Positions 9,090-17,563 of a DNA stretch of 24,229 bases are shown here, piece after piece. The stretch covers positions 1 through 24,229 of the forward strand of contig JBKBIN010000018.1 of NCBI GenBank assembly GCA_046296715.1, written 5' to 3'. Positions within the stretch are counted from its first letter, which is position 1; each line of letters begins with the position of its first letter. Origin of the DNA: Candidatus Ratteibacteria bacterium. Its GTDB lineage: Bacteria > Ratteibacteria > UBA8468 > B48-G9 > JAFGKM01. The notes below the pieces were generated by a model. The model was not told the origin of the DNA. It saw nothing but the letters and a program-made list of their open reading frames with translations, and did no database searches. The position numbers were made by a program, and so were the translations under genes.

Positions 9090-10342
9090 TTATTTTCTGT
9101 TAGATAAATTATAAAGTTGATAAGGATTATTGAAAAAAAGGTCTTTATAATTTTTTCACTCTCTTTAAACTTTATTTTTTTCTCTTTTATTTTCTTTTCA
9201 AGAACAGTTATAATATCTTCTTTTGCCATAAATAAATGTCCATAAACTTTTTCAACAGGCAAATTATAATCTCCTCCAAAACCAATAATTTTATTTATTG
9301 GAATCAAATCAAGACATTCATCAAGTGCTTCAATTGCAAATTTCTGAGAGATTATATGTGTCCAAGCAAAGTTTAAATATACATTTGAAAACTCTTTCCC
9401 TAAATTAAGTGCTTCTCTTACATATGGATATCCACAGTGATAAATATCAAATTTTGTATCTGGATGTCTTTGCAAAACTGGTATAAAATTTTCAGGAGAG
9501 ATTCTTCTAAAATCACCCAATAACCTGTATGAACAGCAATAACCAAACCCTGTTCTCCTACGAATTTAATAAGTTCGTCATGAACATAATCAAAAATTGG
9601 ATTTGTTCCTATGATTGAAGGTGGTATTATATTTTCTTTTTTTTATTTTTTTCCTTACAATACTAATAAATAAATCTTTTGCTTTTTTTCTGTCAGGCAA
9701 TCCAAAAGGTAAAGACATAGTTTTAAATTCAATCGCTCCTTCTTCTTTTGATTTGAGTATATATTTTTTATATCCTTCAATAAGGTCATCTATTGTTTTA
9801 ATTTTTATATTTCCATCATATGGTGATTTTGTTAAATCTTCAAATCTGTTCATCTCTCCGCTTTTGTTTAAAGGCATAAGAGGAACTAAAATTTCTGACT
9901 CTATTTTTGTAGTTCCACATTGAGTTAATGCAAACTTTATTTTACATGTTTCTCTTAAAACTTTTTTATATATACCCTTTTTATTGAATTCTTTAATCTT
10001 CTCTGAAATTTCAATATAATTTTTTTCATTTATGTCATCAAAACCATAAAATTTTTTTAAAGATATCAAAACTGCCCTTGAATAAGAAGTATAACGAATT
10101 TTTTCCCAATAAGGAGCAAAGATTTTCCATCTTTTTTCTATTGGAATTTCATAGTTAAAAAGAGTTTTATATTGTTGTTCTGACATTCCTGCTCTAAAAA
10201 GGTCTCCTTTTGTATAGTGTGAGAATAGTATAAATATATCAACTTCTTTTTCCAATCTTATTCTTTCAGGAGGTAAATGTTCATGAGCATCAATAATTTC
10301 AATCTCATCAAAAAATTCCATCAATTTTTCTTTTATTTTCAT
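9090..10342 (-). pseudogene. Amidohydrolase-family protein (uronate-isomerase-like) disrupted by three 1-nt homopolymer indels, or local sequence errors
   Basis: N-terminal IIDAHEH motif. Removing one base from the run at 9637-9644, adding one at 9516-9518 and adding one at 9133-9139 gives a continuous protein ...KKENIIPPSIIGTNPIFDYVHDELIKFVGEQGLVIAVHTGYWGDFRRI...FDIYHCGYPY...KIIGFGGDY...TFFFNNPYQLYNLSNRK*, stop at 9090-9092. Confidence 0.8.
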
Positions 10343-10349
10343 TTTTTGC

Positions 10350-11405
10350 TTAAAAAATAAAACTATCTATTACTTCAGAAATCAAAAGTAAATTTTTCTG
10401 CCATCTTTCTTTCGGTATATCTTCTGTTATACCAATAATTAATCTAAAATCATTTTTCGCAATTTCAATATATTTTTTAACTGTCTCTTTTATTTTCTTC
10501 TCTGATGAAAGATGCAAAGAAGATGGAAAATTTATCCATAAAATCTTATCATCCCATAGATTATAAGCAAATTCAAATTCCATATCAGTATCAGGAAAAG
10601 GAGAAAATGCTTCTATATAATCAAGTGGTGAATTTTTTATTAAATCAGCCCATACCTTATTGTTTCCATCAAGATGAGCACCAAATATTTTACCCTTTTT
10701 GTGTAAAATTTCACCACATTCATAATATAAAGGTAAAACATACTTCTCAAATCTTTCTCTTCCCATAACATTTCCTGTCTCATTTCCTCCAAAATTAAAA
10801 GCAAAACAAGGAGAATTAGCACAAATTTCATATATATCTGTTAATTTTTTCTTCATTTCATTATATAATTTTTCAATTTCATCTCTTCTTTCTGCCCATT
10901 CTTCTGCAAATTTTTCAATTCCCATAAAATCGATCATTATCTGATGTAAAGGCGTTGGTGCAATATTGCATCTTAAAAAGACATCAGAACCACATTCTCT
11001 TTCAATATCTATAAATTTTTCATAATCGGGTATGTAATTTGCATCTTTGACCATAAATAATATTTTCTTATAGTCATCAGGAGTTTTAAATAAATGTGTA
11101 ATTTTCCATGTGGTAAAATAATCTGTCTTTTCTGTTTTTCTATATGTTGTTTCAAGTTCTCCTAAGGGTGTATAAATTATTGATTTTGTATATGTAGTCC
11201 CTTTTTCTGTGTAAGTTATATTCTCAAATTTTAAATTTGGATAAATGGTTTTATATACGGAAGTTCTTTTTACTATACACAATCCTCTATTTCTTAAAAT
11301 TCTTTCGACTGTACATTGAGGTAATTTATTTTCATATATTGTAAAAGGGATTTTATCTGGTTTTTTTCTTCTTAATACATTTTCAACTCTTTCCTTCGGT
11401 TCCAT
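10350..11405 (-). CDS. Uroporphyrinogen-decarboxylase-like (UroD/MtaA-CmuA fold) protein
   Basis: N-terminal MEPKERVENVLRRKKPDKIPF, FKTPDDY, MGIEKFA, MGRERFEKYVLPLY, GAHLDGN, pattern typical of UroD-like TIM barrels. Not canonical HemE. Confidence 0.75.
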   Translation of the reverse strand: MEPKERVENVLRRKKPDKIPFTIYENKLPQCTVERILRNRGLCIVKRTSVYKTIYPNLKFENITYTEKGTTYTKSIIYTPLGELETTYRKTEKTDYFTTWKITHLFKTPDDYKKILFMVKDANYIPDYEKFIDIERECGSDVFLRCNIAPTPLHQIMIDFMGIEKFAEEWAERRDEIEKLYNEMKKKLTDIYEICANSPCFAFNFGGNETGNVMGRERFEKYVLPLYYECGEILHKKGKIFGAHLDGNNKVWADLIKNSPLDYIEAFSPFPDTDMEFEFAYNLWDDKILWINFPSSLHLSSEKKIKETVKKYIEIAKNDFRLIIGITEDIPKERWQKNLLLISEVIDSFIF

Positions 11406-11413
11406 TTTATACT

Positions 11414-11441
11414 ATTCTTACAAATTTTTTATCTTTGTCAA
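11414..11441 (-). promoter_or_regulatory. Putative sigma70 promoter for the UroD-like/amidohydrolase unit, near-leaderless
   Basis: On the minus strand: TTGACA (11441-11436), 16 nt, AAGAAT (11419-11414), 8 nt, ATG 11405. No SD. The -10 is imperfect. Confidence 0.5.
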
Positions 11442-11470
11442 GACACTTTTAAATGAACTTTTTTATATTT

Positions 11471-14400
11471 TCAATCAAGTCCTATTGCTTTTCTTAATAT
11501 CAAGATTACATCAAAAATATCAACAATATTATCTCCATTCATATCAGCAGATAATAATGTTTGTTGGTCAAGACCTATTGCTTGTCGGATACATCGTATA
11601 ACATCAAAAATGTCTACAATTCCATCATTATTCAAATCACCTTTAGGACCAGGGAAAGAATTTTTATTATGGGGGTCTGTTCTATATTGATACTCAATCA
11701 AATTATTATATCCATCATAATCAGGATCAAAATTTGCATCATCAAAAAGTGGATTAAGATAATTTTTTACTTCCCAACCATCCGGCATCTTGTCGTCGTC
11801 TGTATCAAATTTTGTAGGATTCGTTCTATTATAATATTCTTCAATATTAGTAAGTTCATCCATATCAGGATCTCCATTTATATTTTGCCCCACATTTCCA
11901 AAATAAAATTTTTCCCAGTGATCTGGCAAGTTATTTCCATCACTATCAAGTTTATCTACAACATTGAAATATGCTTTTCCTGAAGCAGTCCCAGAAACTG
12001 AATTTGCAATAATAATTCCACTTCCTAAATTAGATGGAGGATTAATGGTAAATGAAATCTTACCATCTTTGGTTGCAATTTGAATCCCCTCTATAGATGA
12101 ATCTACATCCGCTGTTATTATAGTTCCATAATCCCTAATTTCAGAAGTAAACCTATCCTGAGTTTTCACTGTGATTAAAGTTCCATCAGGTACAGGTTCT
12201 CCTGTAACAAGATGAATTGGTTCTGAAACAACTTTTATTTGAGAAGATGTATTAATATCAACATCTGGAGGATTTACAATCAGAATTATCTCTCCATAAG
12301 GAATAGCCAATCCAAGACGAAATGTTCCAAGTTTTTCTATTTCAGCAGAAACATTGTTCAAATTTATATCAACTTGACTGTTTTGTAAACCAATCCATCT
12401 TCTGTTTATGTTGTCCCATTGATAAATTATAAGTTTGGCTTCCTCTTTAGGAGTTAGACCAGTATCGTCATAATGAATTCTAAGTATCCCAGTAGAACCG
12501 TTAGGATTGAGTATAAGTTGACTTGAACCATTATAAATTGTAATTATAGAACTTATCTGTGAACTTAGTTGATTGATAGATAGACCTTCTGGTATAAAAG
12601 AGAAAACTTCTTCCAGACCAATGGATAATTGCTTTAATTGTAAAAAAGGTATATAATCATTTATTTTACTGGATACCCAGTGGACAGCACTTACAACAGT
12701 ATCGCCTATTTTTTCAACAACTTCTACAACAAGTTTTCCTATATTCTGCATTGCTGTCAGTACTCCTGATACACAATCATCAAAAATAGTTTCAAATTCA
12801 AGATTTGCACAGGAAGGAACATAGTTATCTTTTTGATATTTTACAAGAGGGAAAACTTTCAATTCGGAAGCATGCACATTTATAATTCCTTCTTCTATTA
12901 CATGAGTTACAACTTTTTCAAGATCAAAAGAAATACCTGCTTCTATTTCTGCACCAAGTGCAACTTTAATTGATGGGCTAAAACTAAAGCTGTCTCCAAT
13001 TTCTTCTTCTATTTGATAAGCAAGTGGTAATTTTTTTTGTAAAATATAGTCCTTAAGTTTTGTAACAAGTGTTGAAAATCTATTTTTAATTGCTTCAGGT
13101 CCAAGAATAATAACATCTGAAGAAATCCCTTTTAATATATTTCCTAAACCCGATACATCATCAAGTTCATTCATAATTGAGGAAATTTGATCGCCAGTAA
13201 GTTTTATAATAATTGATTTAGTAGTCCCTTGTCCAGAAGATGGATATTCAATTCCCCATTCGTTTTTTTCACTTATTTTTAGTTCAGCCTTATTTATATT
13301 TCCATTGGGTTGTGCAAAAATTGTAAAATTGTATTTGCCTATTGATTCTCCGCCAATACCTGCTTTTATTTTATCACTTATAACATTACCCTGCAAACCT
13401 GCAAATATATCAAATTCCATTGCAAAAGAAATTCCTGCACCTATTTCAGCAACATTTAGATTATTGTTTTGATACGCAAAATTAGTAGATAAATTACCCA
13501 ATAGTTCTGCTTCACCGGAAATACCTGTTCCTATACCAATTCCAAGAAAAACATTCTCTTTATTCCCAAGGCCAAAACCAGCTCCTGCAGAAGCATTTCC
13601 ATTTACCCGTAATCCTACAGAAAGATTTTCTTCCCGCTTGTACTCTGGATAAATAGAGTTATACCCTGCATCAATAATAAAACCAAGCATATCTGAAACT
13701 ATGGGCGATGAGAATTCATTTACTCCCTCTAACAATGAAGAAATAACAAGACCAGAACGAAGAATCTGTTGCTGATCTGAGTTATATGGATTATCAAAAA
13801 GAAAGGTATTTGTCCGCATTATAACAATTGATCCGCTAATACCAGCATCTGCACTTGCATAACAGGAACCTTCAATACCGCCACCAACAGATGCCTCTGC
13901 TACTAAACCAACTTCTCCTTCAAAACTCCTTTCCACCTCAATTTTGTCGTCAGATTTTATATTTAAATCTGTATTGATAATTCTATAAACCATACCCTTT
14001 TTTGTACCTACTTTGCCACCAATTCCAACTGCTGCCTTAAGATTTATTCCACTACCTAAACGGAATTCAGAAAATGAACTTCTTGGTAAAATTTTTACTT
14101 GAAAAGTAATTGGCTGACTAAGAATATTACCTCCTACTTCAACTATTGAGCAGGTTATCGTTTGGTTTACTGAGCCAAGATCAGTTGATTTTAAAACGCA
14201 ATCAATAATTCCTTTTTCATCAGAACCATCAGTTGTAATGCTACCTCCTGACCATTGAATTTTCAGAGTAACACCAGAAGCAGGATTATTGTTTTGATCT
14301 ACGACCTTATACCATCTGTGCACTTCTCCTCCAATCATCACCTCTGAAACTGAAGGATTTGGGTTAGGATCAATTTGAACTACACTTCCTTTAAAATTTA

Positions 14401-17368
14401 AGGCATCATATTGAAGGGTAAGTATATCAGCCTGATTTCCAGCATAATCTGAAAAATTAATTGTCAGTGTATGAAGTCCTTTTGTAAAAGTAGGATTTAT
14501 AATGATTACATTATTGGAAAAAGAAAAAGTTTGATTGGATCCATCAAGTTTTACAGAAATACTGGATGAATTTATCCCACTACCTGGTACTGGATCAAAA
14601 ACTTCAACCTTTATTGTAGGATTTGCTCCAACATAGGAATTATTAGCAGGAATTACTTTACTTACAACAGGTTTACTTATGTCAATCATCGTATAGGTGT
14701 CATAATCAAAAGGATAATTTTCCCAATTTCCCCCTTTGTCTTTTGCTCTACTCCTGAAATAATATGTATGACCATCTTGGCCATTGAAAATCTCAGATGT
14801 TTTTGTAGTTTCAATTAACCAATCAGTCCAAATGCCATTAACTCCATCCCGATATTGAATGTCATAACAAGCAATACCAGAACCTATGTCCTGACCATTC
14901 CAACTTACTGTGAAAGAAGTTGTTTTAGTATATTCGTTTAGATTGGATACTGAAGAACTTGGCGGAGTTCTATCAATATAGAATATAACTGAGTCAGAGT
15001 TAGTATTTCCTGCAAGATCACTTACAATAAGAGAAAGTGTATGAGTACCTTGTGAAATTGATGAAATATCTATATTTGCAAGAATTCCATCAGAAACAGA
15101 AATATTTCCAGTATAAACGAGTTTTGAGTTCAAATAAACCTTATACGATTCAAAGTGTATATCCTTTGCATTGCCTATCATTTGGAAATTAGAAGTTATG
15201 TTAATAGGTATATGAGGTGGATAAGAAATTAAAGCATTAGGTTTGGTATTATCAATTTCACATAAAGCAGAACCAAGAAAAAGATTTGCAGTTATAAAAT
15301 ACTTATGAATACGATGATTTTCAACATCAGAAAAATAAATATTGGATTGACTATCAACAGTAATTCCACAAGGAGAAGAATATAAATTGGAGAAATAATC
15401 AGTATCTCCAAAGCCATAAATATAATTTCCATTAATATCATAAACACTAATTCCATAATAGGGAGAATTAGAAGAACCTGTTGTATAAATTTTACCTGTT
15501 TTATCAATTGTAAGTGCTATTCCATTTTTTATTTGAGAAAGATTTTTTACAAGTGTTCCATCAGGTTTGAAAATTGTTATGCCATTTTTGTCAAGTACAT
15601 ATAACTCATTTTGATAAACTACAATACTTCCACCTACTGGTATACTATCAGATCCAGAAGCGAAATCATAATCAAAAGAACCAAATGAATTTTTAAAAAT
15701 ACCTGTTTTTTTGTTAAAAACAAAAATCTTACGTACATTATTTTGCATTAAGTAATGTCCTGAAACATATATATAATCTCCAATAATTGCTATTCCTCTT
15801 GGAATAATCCACTTATTTTCTGAATCTTTAAGCACAATACTAAACTGATTTCCAGAACTATCTATAACCAAAAGCAAAACACCATTATGCCCACAAACAT
15901 AAATCTTCCCATCTGTATCAACTGCTATATATTCTGGTAATAATAAACCATAACCAATACCACTACTATAATTAAGATAAGGAATAAGAATTTGTGATTG
16001 ATAGGAACCAGATTGATTAAACACCTGAATTCTTGCATTTTTATAGTCACAAATATAAATATTCCCTTCTGGTCCAACAGTAATTCCCCGTGGGTTAAGA
16101 AATTCTCCTTCGGTCATACCAATCTGTGAAATAAAAGAACCATCTGTATTAAAAATTTGGACTCTGTAATTGTCATAGCACTCAACTGTATAAAGATTTG
16201 TAGCAGTGCCTCTTATTTTACTTAAAAAACTAAATTCTCCAGTGTGTCTTCCCATCTCAGCAGTTATACCATTTGAAGAAATTTTTCCGATTTGCGAAAA
16301 ATATGTTCCATCGTTATTTAAAATGACTATCTTATTATTATTAAAAGATGATACATAAATTCTATTCAGTGTTCCAGATATAGCAATAGGACCTGATATT
16401 CCAGTTAGTTGATTTGGCCCACCTTCATAAGCACTATAGATAGTTCTTTGATAAACTCCTTTTGAATTAAAAACTTGTATTCTTCCAGGACCATTGCCAT
16501 AATCTGTTATATAGACATTGTTATTTGAATCTATTGCTATATTGCCTGAAACATAGTCGTTAAAAGAAAACTGTCCATTACCACTTCCAGATGTTCCAAA
16601 TTTAAAAAGAAAGTTACCATCTGAATCAAAAACTTGAACTCTTGAATTCCCACCGTCAACAACCCAGATTCTTCCATTAGAATCAACCGCTATATTGTTT
16701 TTCCAATAAAAGTTAAAATTACCATCCTCTGAACCTGAACTTCCAAACGCTTTTATAAAATTACCATTTGTGTCAAATATTTTTATATTATTTCCATAAT
16801 AACCACAGACCATTACATAAATCTTATTTCCATAATTAACAATAGAAGTCGCATCTCCTAAGTAACCTGGGTCAGTCCATTTTGGTTGAATAGAAAAAAG
16901 GTAATTTCTATTGTTATCAAAAACCTGTATTCTCTTTGAATCTAAAACATAAATCCTGCCATCCTGTCCAATAGCAACATCATAAGGATTAATAAACATT
17001 CCTCTATAGTCTTTATAGGTATTACCCTTTAACCATTTATGTTCAACAAATGTACTAAATTTAAATTCATAAGAATCGTCAGGAACAAAATTTCCAGAAT
17101 TATCTTTTCCATCCCACTCAGAACGAATGTCAATGTTTCCATAATGATAGTTAAATTCAGTGTATGGAATTGTTCTAATAATATCTTGTTGATTTTTTCT
17201 ATAAATATTTACATTTACTGGGAGTGTTTGTTCCATATTTCCGCCAATTCGCGTTTTATCTTTTTGGCCAGGACTTTCATTTGGGGAGAAAATTGTTGGA
17301 TTGACAAAAAAATCAGCAGCCATAAGAATTTTAATCAACATTATAGAAACAAAAAAAACTTTTCTCAT
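11471..17368 (-). CDS. Large secreted multidomain protein (~1965 aa): FlgD-like Ig, 12 NHL repeats, Ig/FN3-like domains, unknown Gly/Ala-rich core, TSP3-like Ca-binding repeats, C-terminal type I dockerin
   Basis: Start moved to ATG 17368, which has an AAGGAGG SD (17380-17374) and a signal-peptide-like MRKVFFVSIMLIKILMA. FSPN...WDGKDNSGNFVPDDSY (FlgD-Ig). Repeated IAVDSNGRIWVVD...RVQVFD units. DxTxP-bounded Ig modules. WNGQDIGSGIACYDIQYR...HTYYFRSRAKD (FN3-like). DSDGNNLPDHWE/DTDDDKMPDGWE. Terminal dockerin. Confidence 0.9.
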   Translation of the reverse strand: MRKVFFVSIMLIKILMAADFFVNPTIFSPNESPGQKDKTRIGGNMEQTLPVNVNIYRKNQQDIIRTIPYTEFNYHYGNIDIRSEWDGKDNSGNFVPDDSYEFKFSTFVEHKWLKGNTYKDYRGMFINPYDVAIGQDGRIYVLDSKRIQVFDNNRNYLFSIQPKWTDPGYLGDATSIVNYGNKIYVMVCGYYGNNIKIFDTNGNFIKAFGSSGSEDGNFNFYWKNNIAVDSNGRIWVVDGGNSRVQVFDSDGNFLFKFGTSGSGNGQFSFNDYVSGNIAIDSNNNVYITDYGNGPGRIQVFNSKGVYQRTIYSAYEGGPNQLTGISGPIAISGTLNRIYVSSFNNNKIVILNNDGTYFSQIGKISSNGITAEMGRHTGEFSFLSKIRGTATNLYTVECYDNYRVQIFNTDGSFISQIGMTEGEFLNPRGITVGPEGNIYICDYKNARIQVFNQSGSYQSQILIPYLNYSSGIGYGLLLPEYIAVDTDGKIYVCGHNGVLLLVIDSSGNQFSIVLKDSENKWIIPRGIAIIGDYIYVSGHYLMQNNVRKIFVFNKKTGIFKNSFGSFDYDFASGSDSIPVGGSIVVYQNELYVLDKNGITIFKPDGTLVKNLSQIKNGIALTIDKTGKIYTTGSSNSPYYGISVYDINGNYIYGFGDTDYFSNLYSSPCGITVDSQSNIYFSDVENHRIHKYFITANLFLGSALCEIDNTKPNALISYPPHIPINITSNFQMIGNAKDIHFESYKVYLNSKLVYTGNISVSDGILANIDISSISQGTHTLSLIVSDLAGNTNSDSVIFYIDRTPPSSSVSNLNEYTKTTSFTVSWNGQDIGSGIACYDIQYRDGVNGIWTDWLIETTKTSEIFNGQDGHTYYFRSRAKDKGGNWENYPFDYDTYTMIDISKPVVSKVIPANNSYVGANPTIKVEVFDPVPGSGINSSSISVKLDGSNQTFSFSNNVIIINPTFTKGLHTLTINFSDYAGNQADILTLQYDALNFKGSVVQIDPNPNPSVSEVMIGGEVHRWYKVVDQNNNPASGVTLKIQWSGGSITTDGSDEKGIIDCVLKSTDLGSVNQTITCSIVEVGGNILSQPITFQVKILPRSSFSEFRLGSGINLKAAVGIGGKVGTKKGMVYRIINTDLNIKSDDKIEVERSFEGEVGLVAEASVGGGIEGSCYASADAGISGSIVIMRTNTFLFDNPYNSDQQQILRSGLVISSLLEGVNEFSSPIVSDMLGFIIDAGYNSIYPEYKREENLSVGLRVNGNASAGAGFGLGNKENVFLGIGIGTGISGEAELLGNLSTNFAYQNNNLNVAEIGAGISFAMEFDIFAGLQGNVISDKIKAGIGGESIGKYNFTIFAQPNGNINKAELKISEKNEWGIEYPSSGQGTTKSIIIKLTGDQISSIMNELDDVSGLGNILKGISSDVIILGPEAIKNRFSTLVTKLKDYILQKKLPLAYQIEEEIGDSFSFSPSIKVALGAEIEAGISFDLEKVVTHVIEEGIINVHASELKVFPLVKYQKDNYVPSCANLEFETIFDDCVSGVLTAMQNIGKLVVEVVEKIGDTVVSAVHWVSSKINDYIPFLQLKQLSIGLEEVFSFIPEGLSINQLSSQISSIITIYNGSSQLILNPNGSTGILRIHYDDTGLTPKEEAKLIIYQWDNINRRWIGLQNSQVDINLNNVSAEIEKLGTFRLGLAIPYGEIILIVNPPDVDINTSSQIKVVSEPIHLVTGEPVPDGTLITVKTQDRFTSEIRDYGTIITADVDSSIEGIQIATKDGKISFTINPPSNLGSGIIIANSVSGTASGKAYFNVVDKLDSDGNNLPDHWEKFYFGNVGQNINGDPDMDELTNIEEYYNRTNPTKFDTDDDKMPDGWEVKNYLNPLFDDANFDPDYDGYNNLIEYQYRTDPHNKNSFPGPKGDLNNDGIVDIFDVIRCIRQAIGLDQQTLLSADMNGDNIVDIFDVILILRKAIGLD
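11474..11648 (-). repeat. Duplicated dockerin F-hand segments
   Basis: GDLNNDGIVDIFDVIRCIRQAIGLD and ADMNGDNIVDIFDVILILRKAIGLD; also similar at DNA level (ACATCAAAAAT and CCTATTGCTT each occur in both copies). Confidence 0.9.
15295..17000 (-). repeat. 12 NHL-type beta-propeller blades (probably two six-bladed propellers)
   Basis: Twelve repeats counted by eye from FINPYDVAIGQDGRIYVLD to SSPCGITVDSQSNIYFSDVENHRIHKY. Boundaries approximate. Confidence 0.8.
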
Positions 17369-17405
17369 TCTTTCCTCCTTTTTATTTACAAAAATACTCA
17401 ATTTT

Positions 17406-17479
17406 TTGCAACTATTAGAAACTGTTTTTATTACCCCCTTCTATTCATGCAGGCATATAGAACAGTTCTAAAGTTTCAA
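17406..17479. repeat. Imperfect inverted repeat enclosing an inner hairpin, upstream of the giant gene
   Basis: TTGCAACTATTAGAAACTGTT (17406-17426) aligns to the reverse complement of 17461-17479 (TTGAAACT-TTAGAA-CTGTT) at 18 of 21 positions. Inner TTCTAT-tc-ATGC-ag-GCAT-ATAGAA at 17439-17462. Confidence 0.7.
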
Positions 17480-17484
17480 TTTTT

Positions 17485-17513
17485 ATTTTTTCACGTATTT
17501 TTAATTTTGTCAA
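17485..17513 (-). promoter_or_regulatory. Putative promoter for the giant protein gene
   Basis: Minus strand TTGACA (17513-17508), 17-nt spacer ending in TGn, AAAAAT (17490-17485). The -10 is weak. Confidence 0.45.
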
Positions 17514-17527
17514 ATTTTTTTGAAAAA

Positions 17528-17556
17528 TTGACATAATTGATTTGAAAATATAAACT
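17528..17556 (+). promoter_or_regulatory. sigma70-type promoter of the nucleotide-sugar operon, probably leaderless
   Basis: TTGACA (17528-17533), 17 nt, TAAACT (17551-17556), 7 nt, ATG 17564. No SD. Confidence 0.75.
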
Positions 17557-17563
17557 AAAACAT

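Noticed and set aside
11471..17368. Many N-x-S/T sequons in the giant protein as evidence of N-glycosylation
   Set aside because: The protein is rich in Asn, Ser and Thr, and the number seen by eye does not appear to exceed chance.
17369..17401. Upstream TTG start for the giant protein (similarly the extended starts at 19868, 21666 and 23492)
   Set aside because: Downstream ATGs fit SD or promoter positions, stop/start overlaps and family N-termini better.
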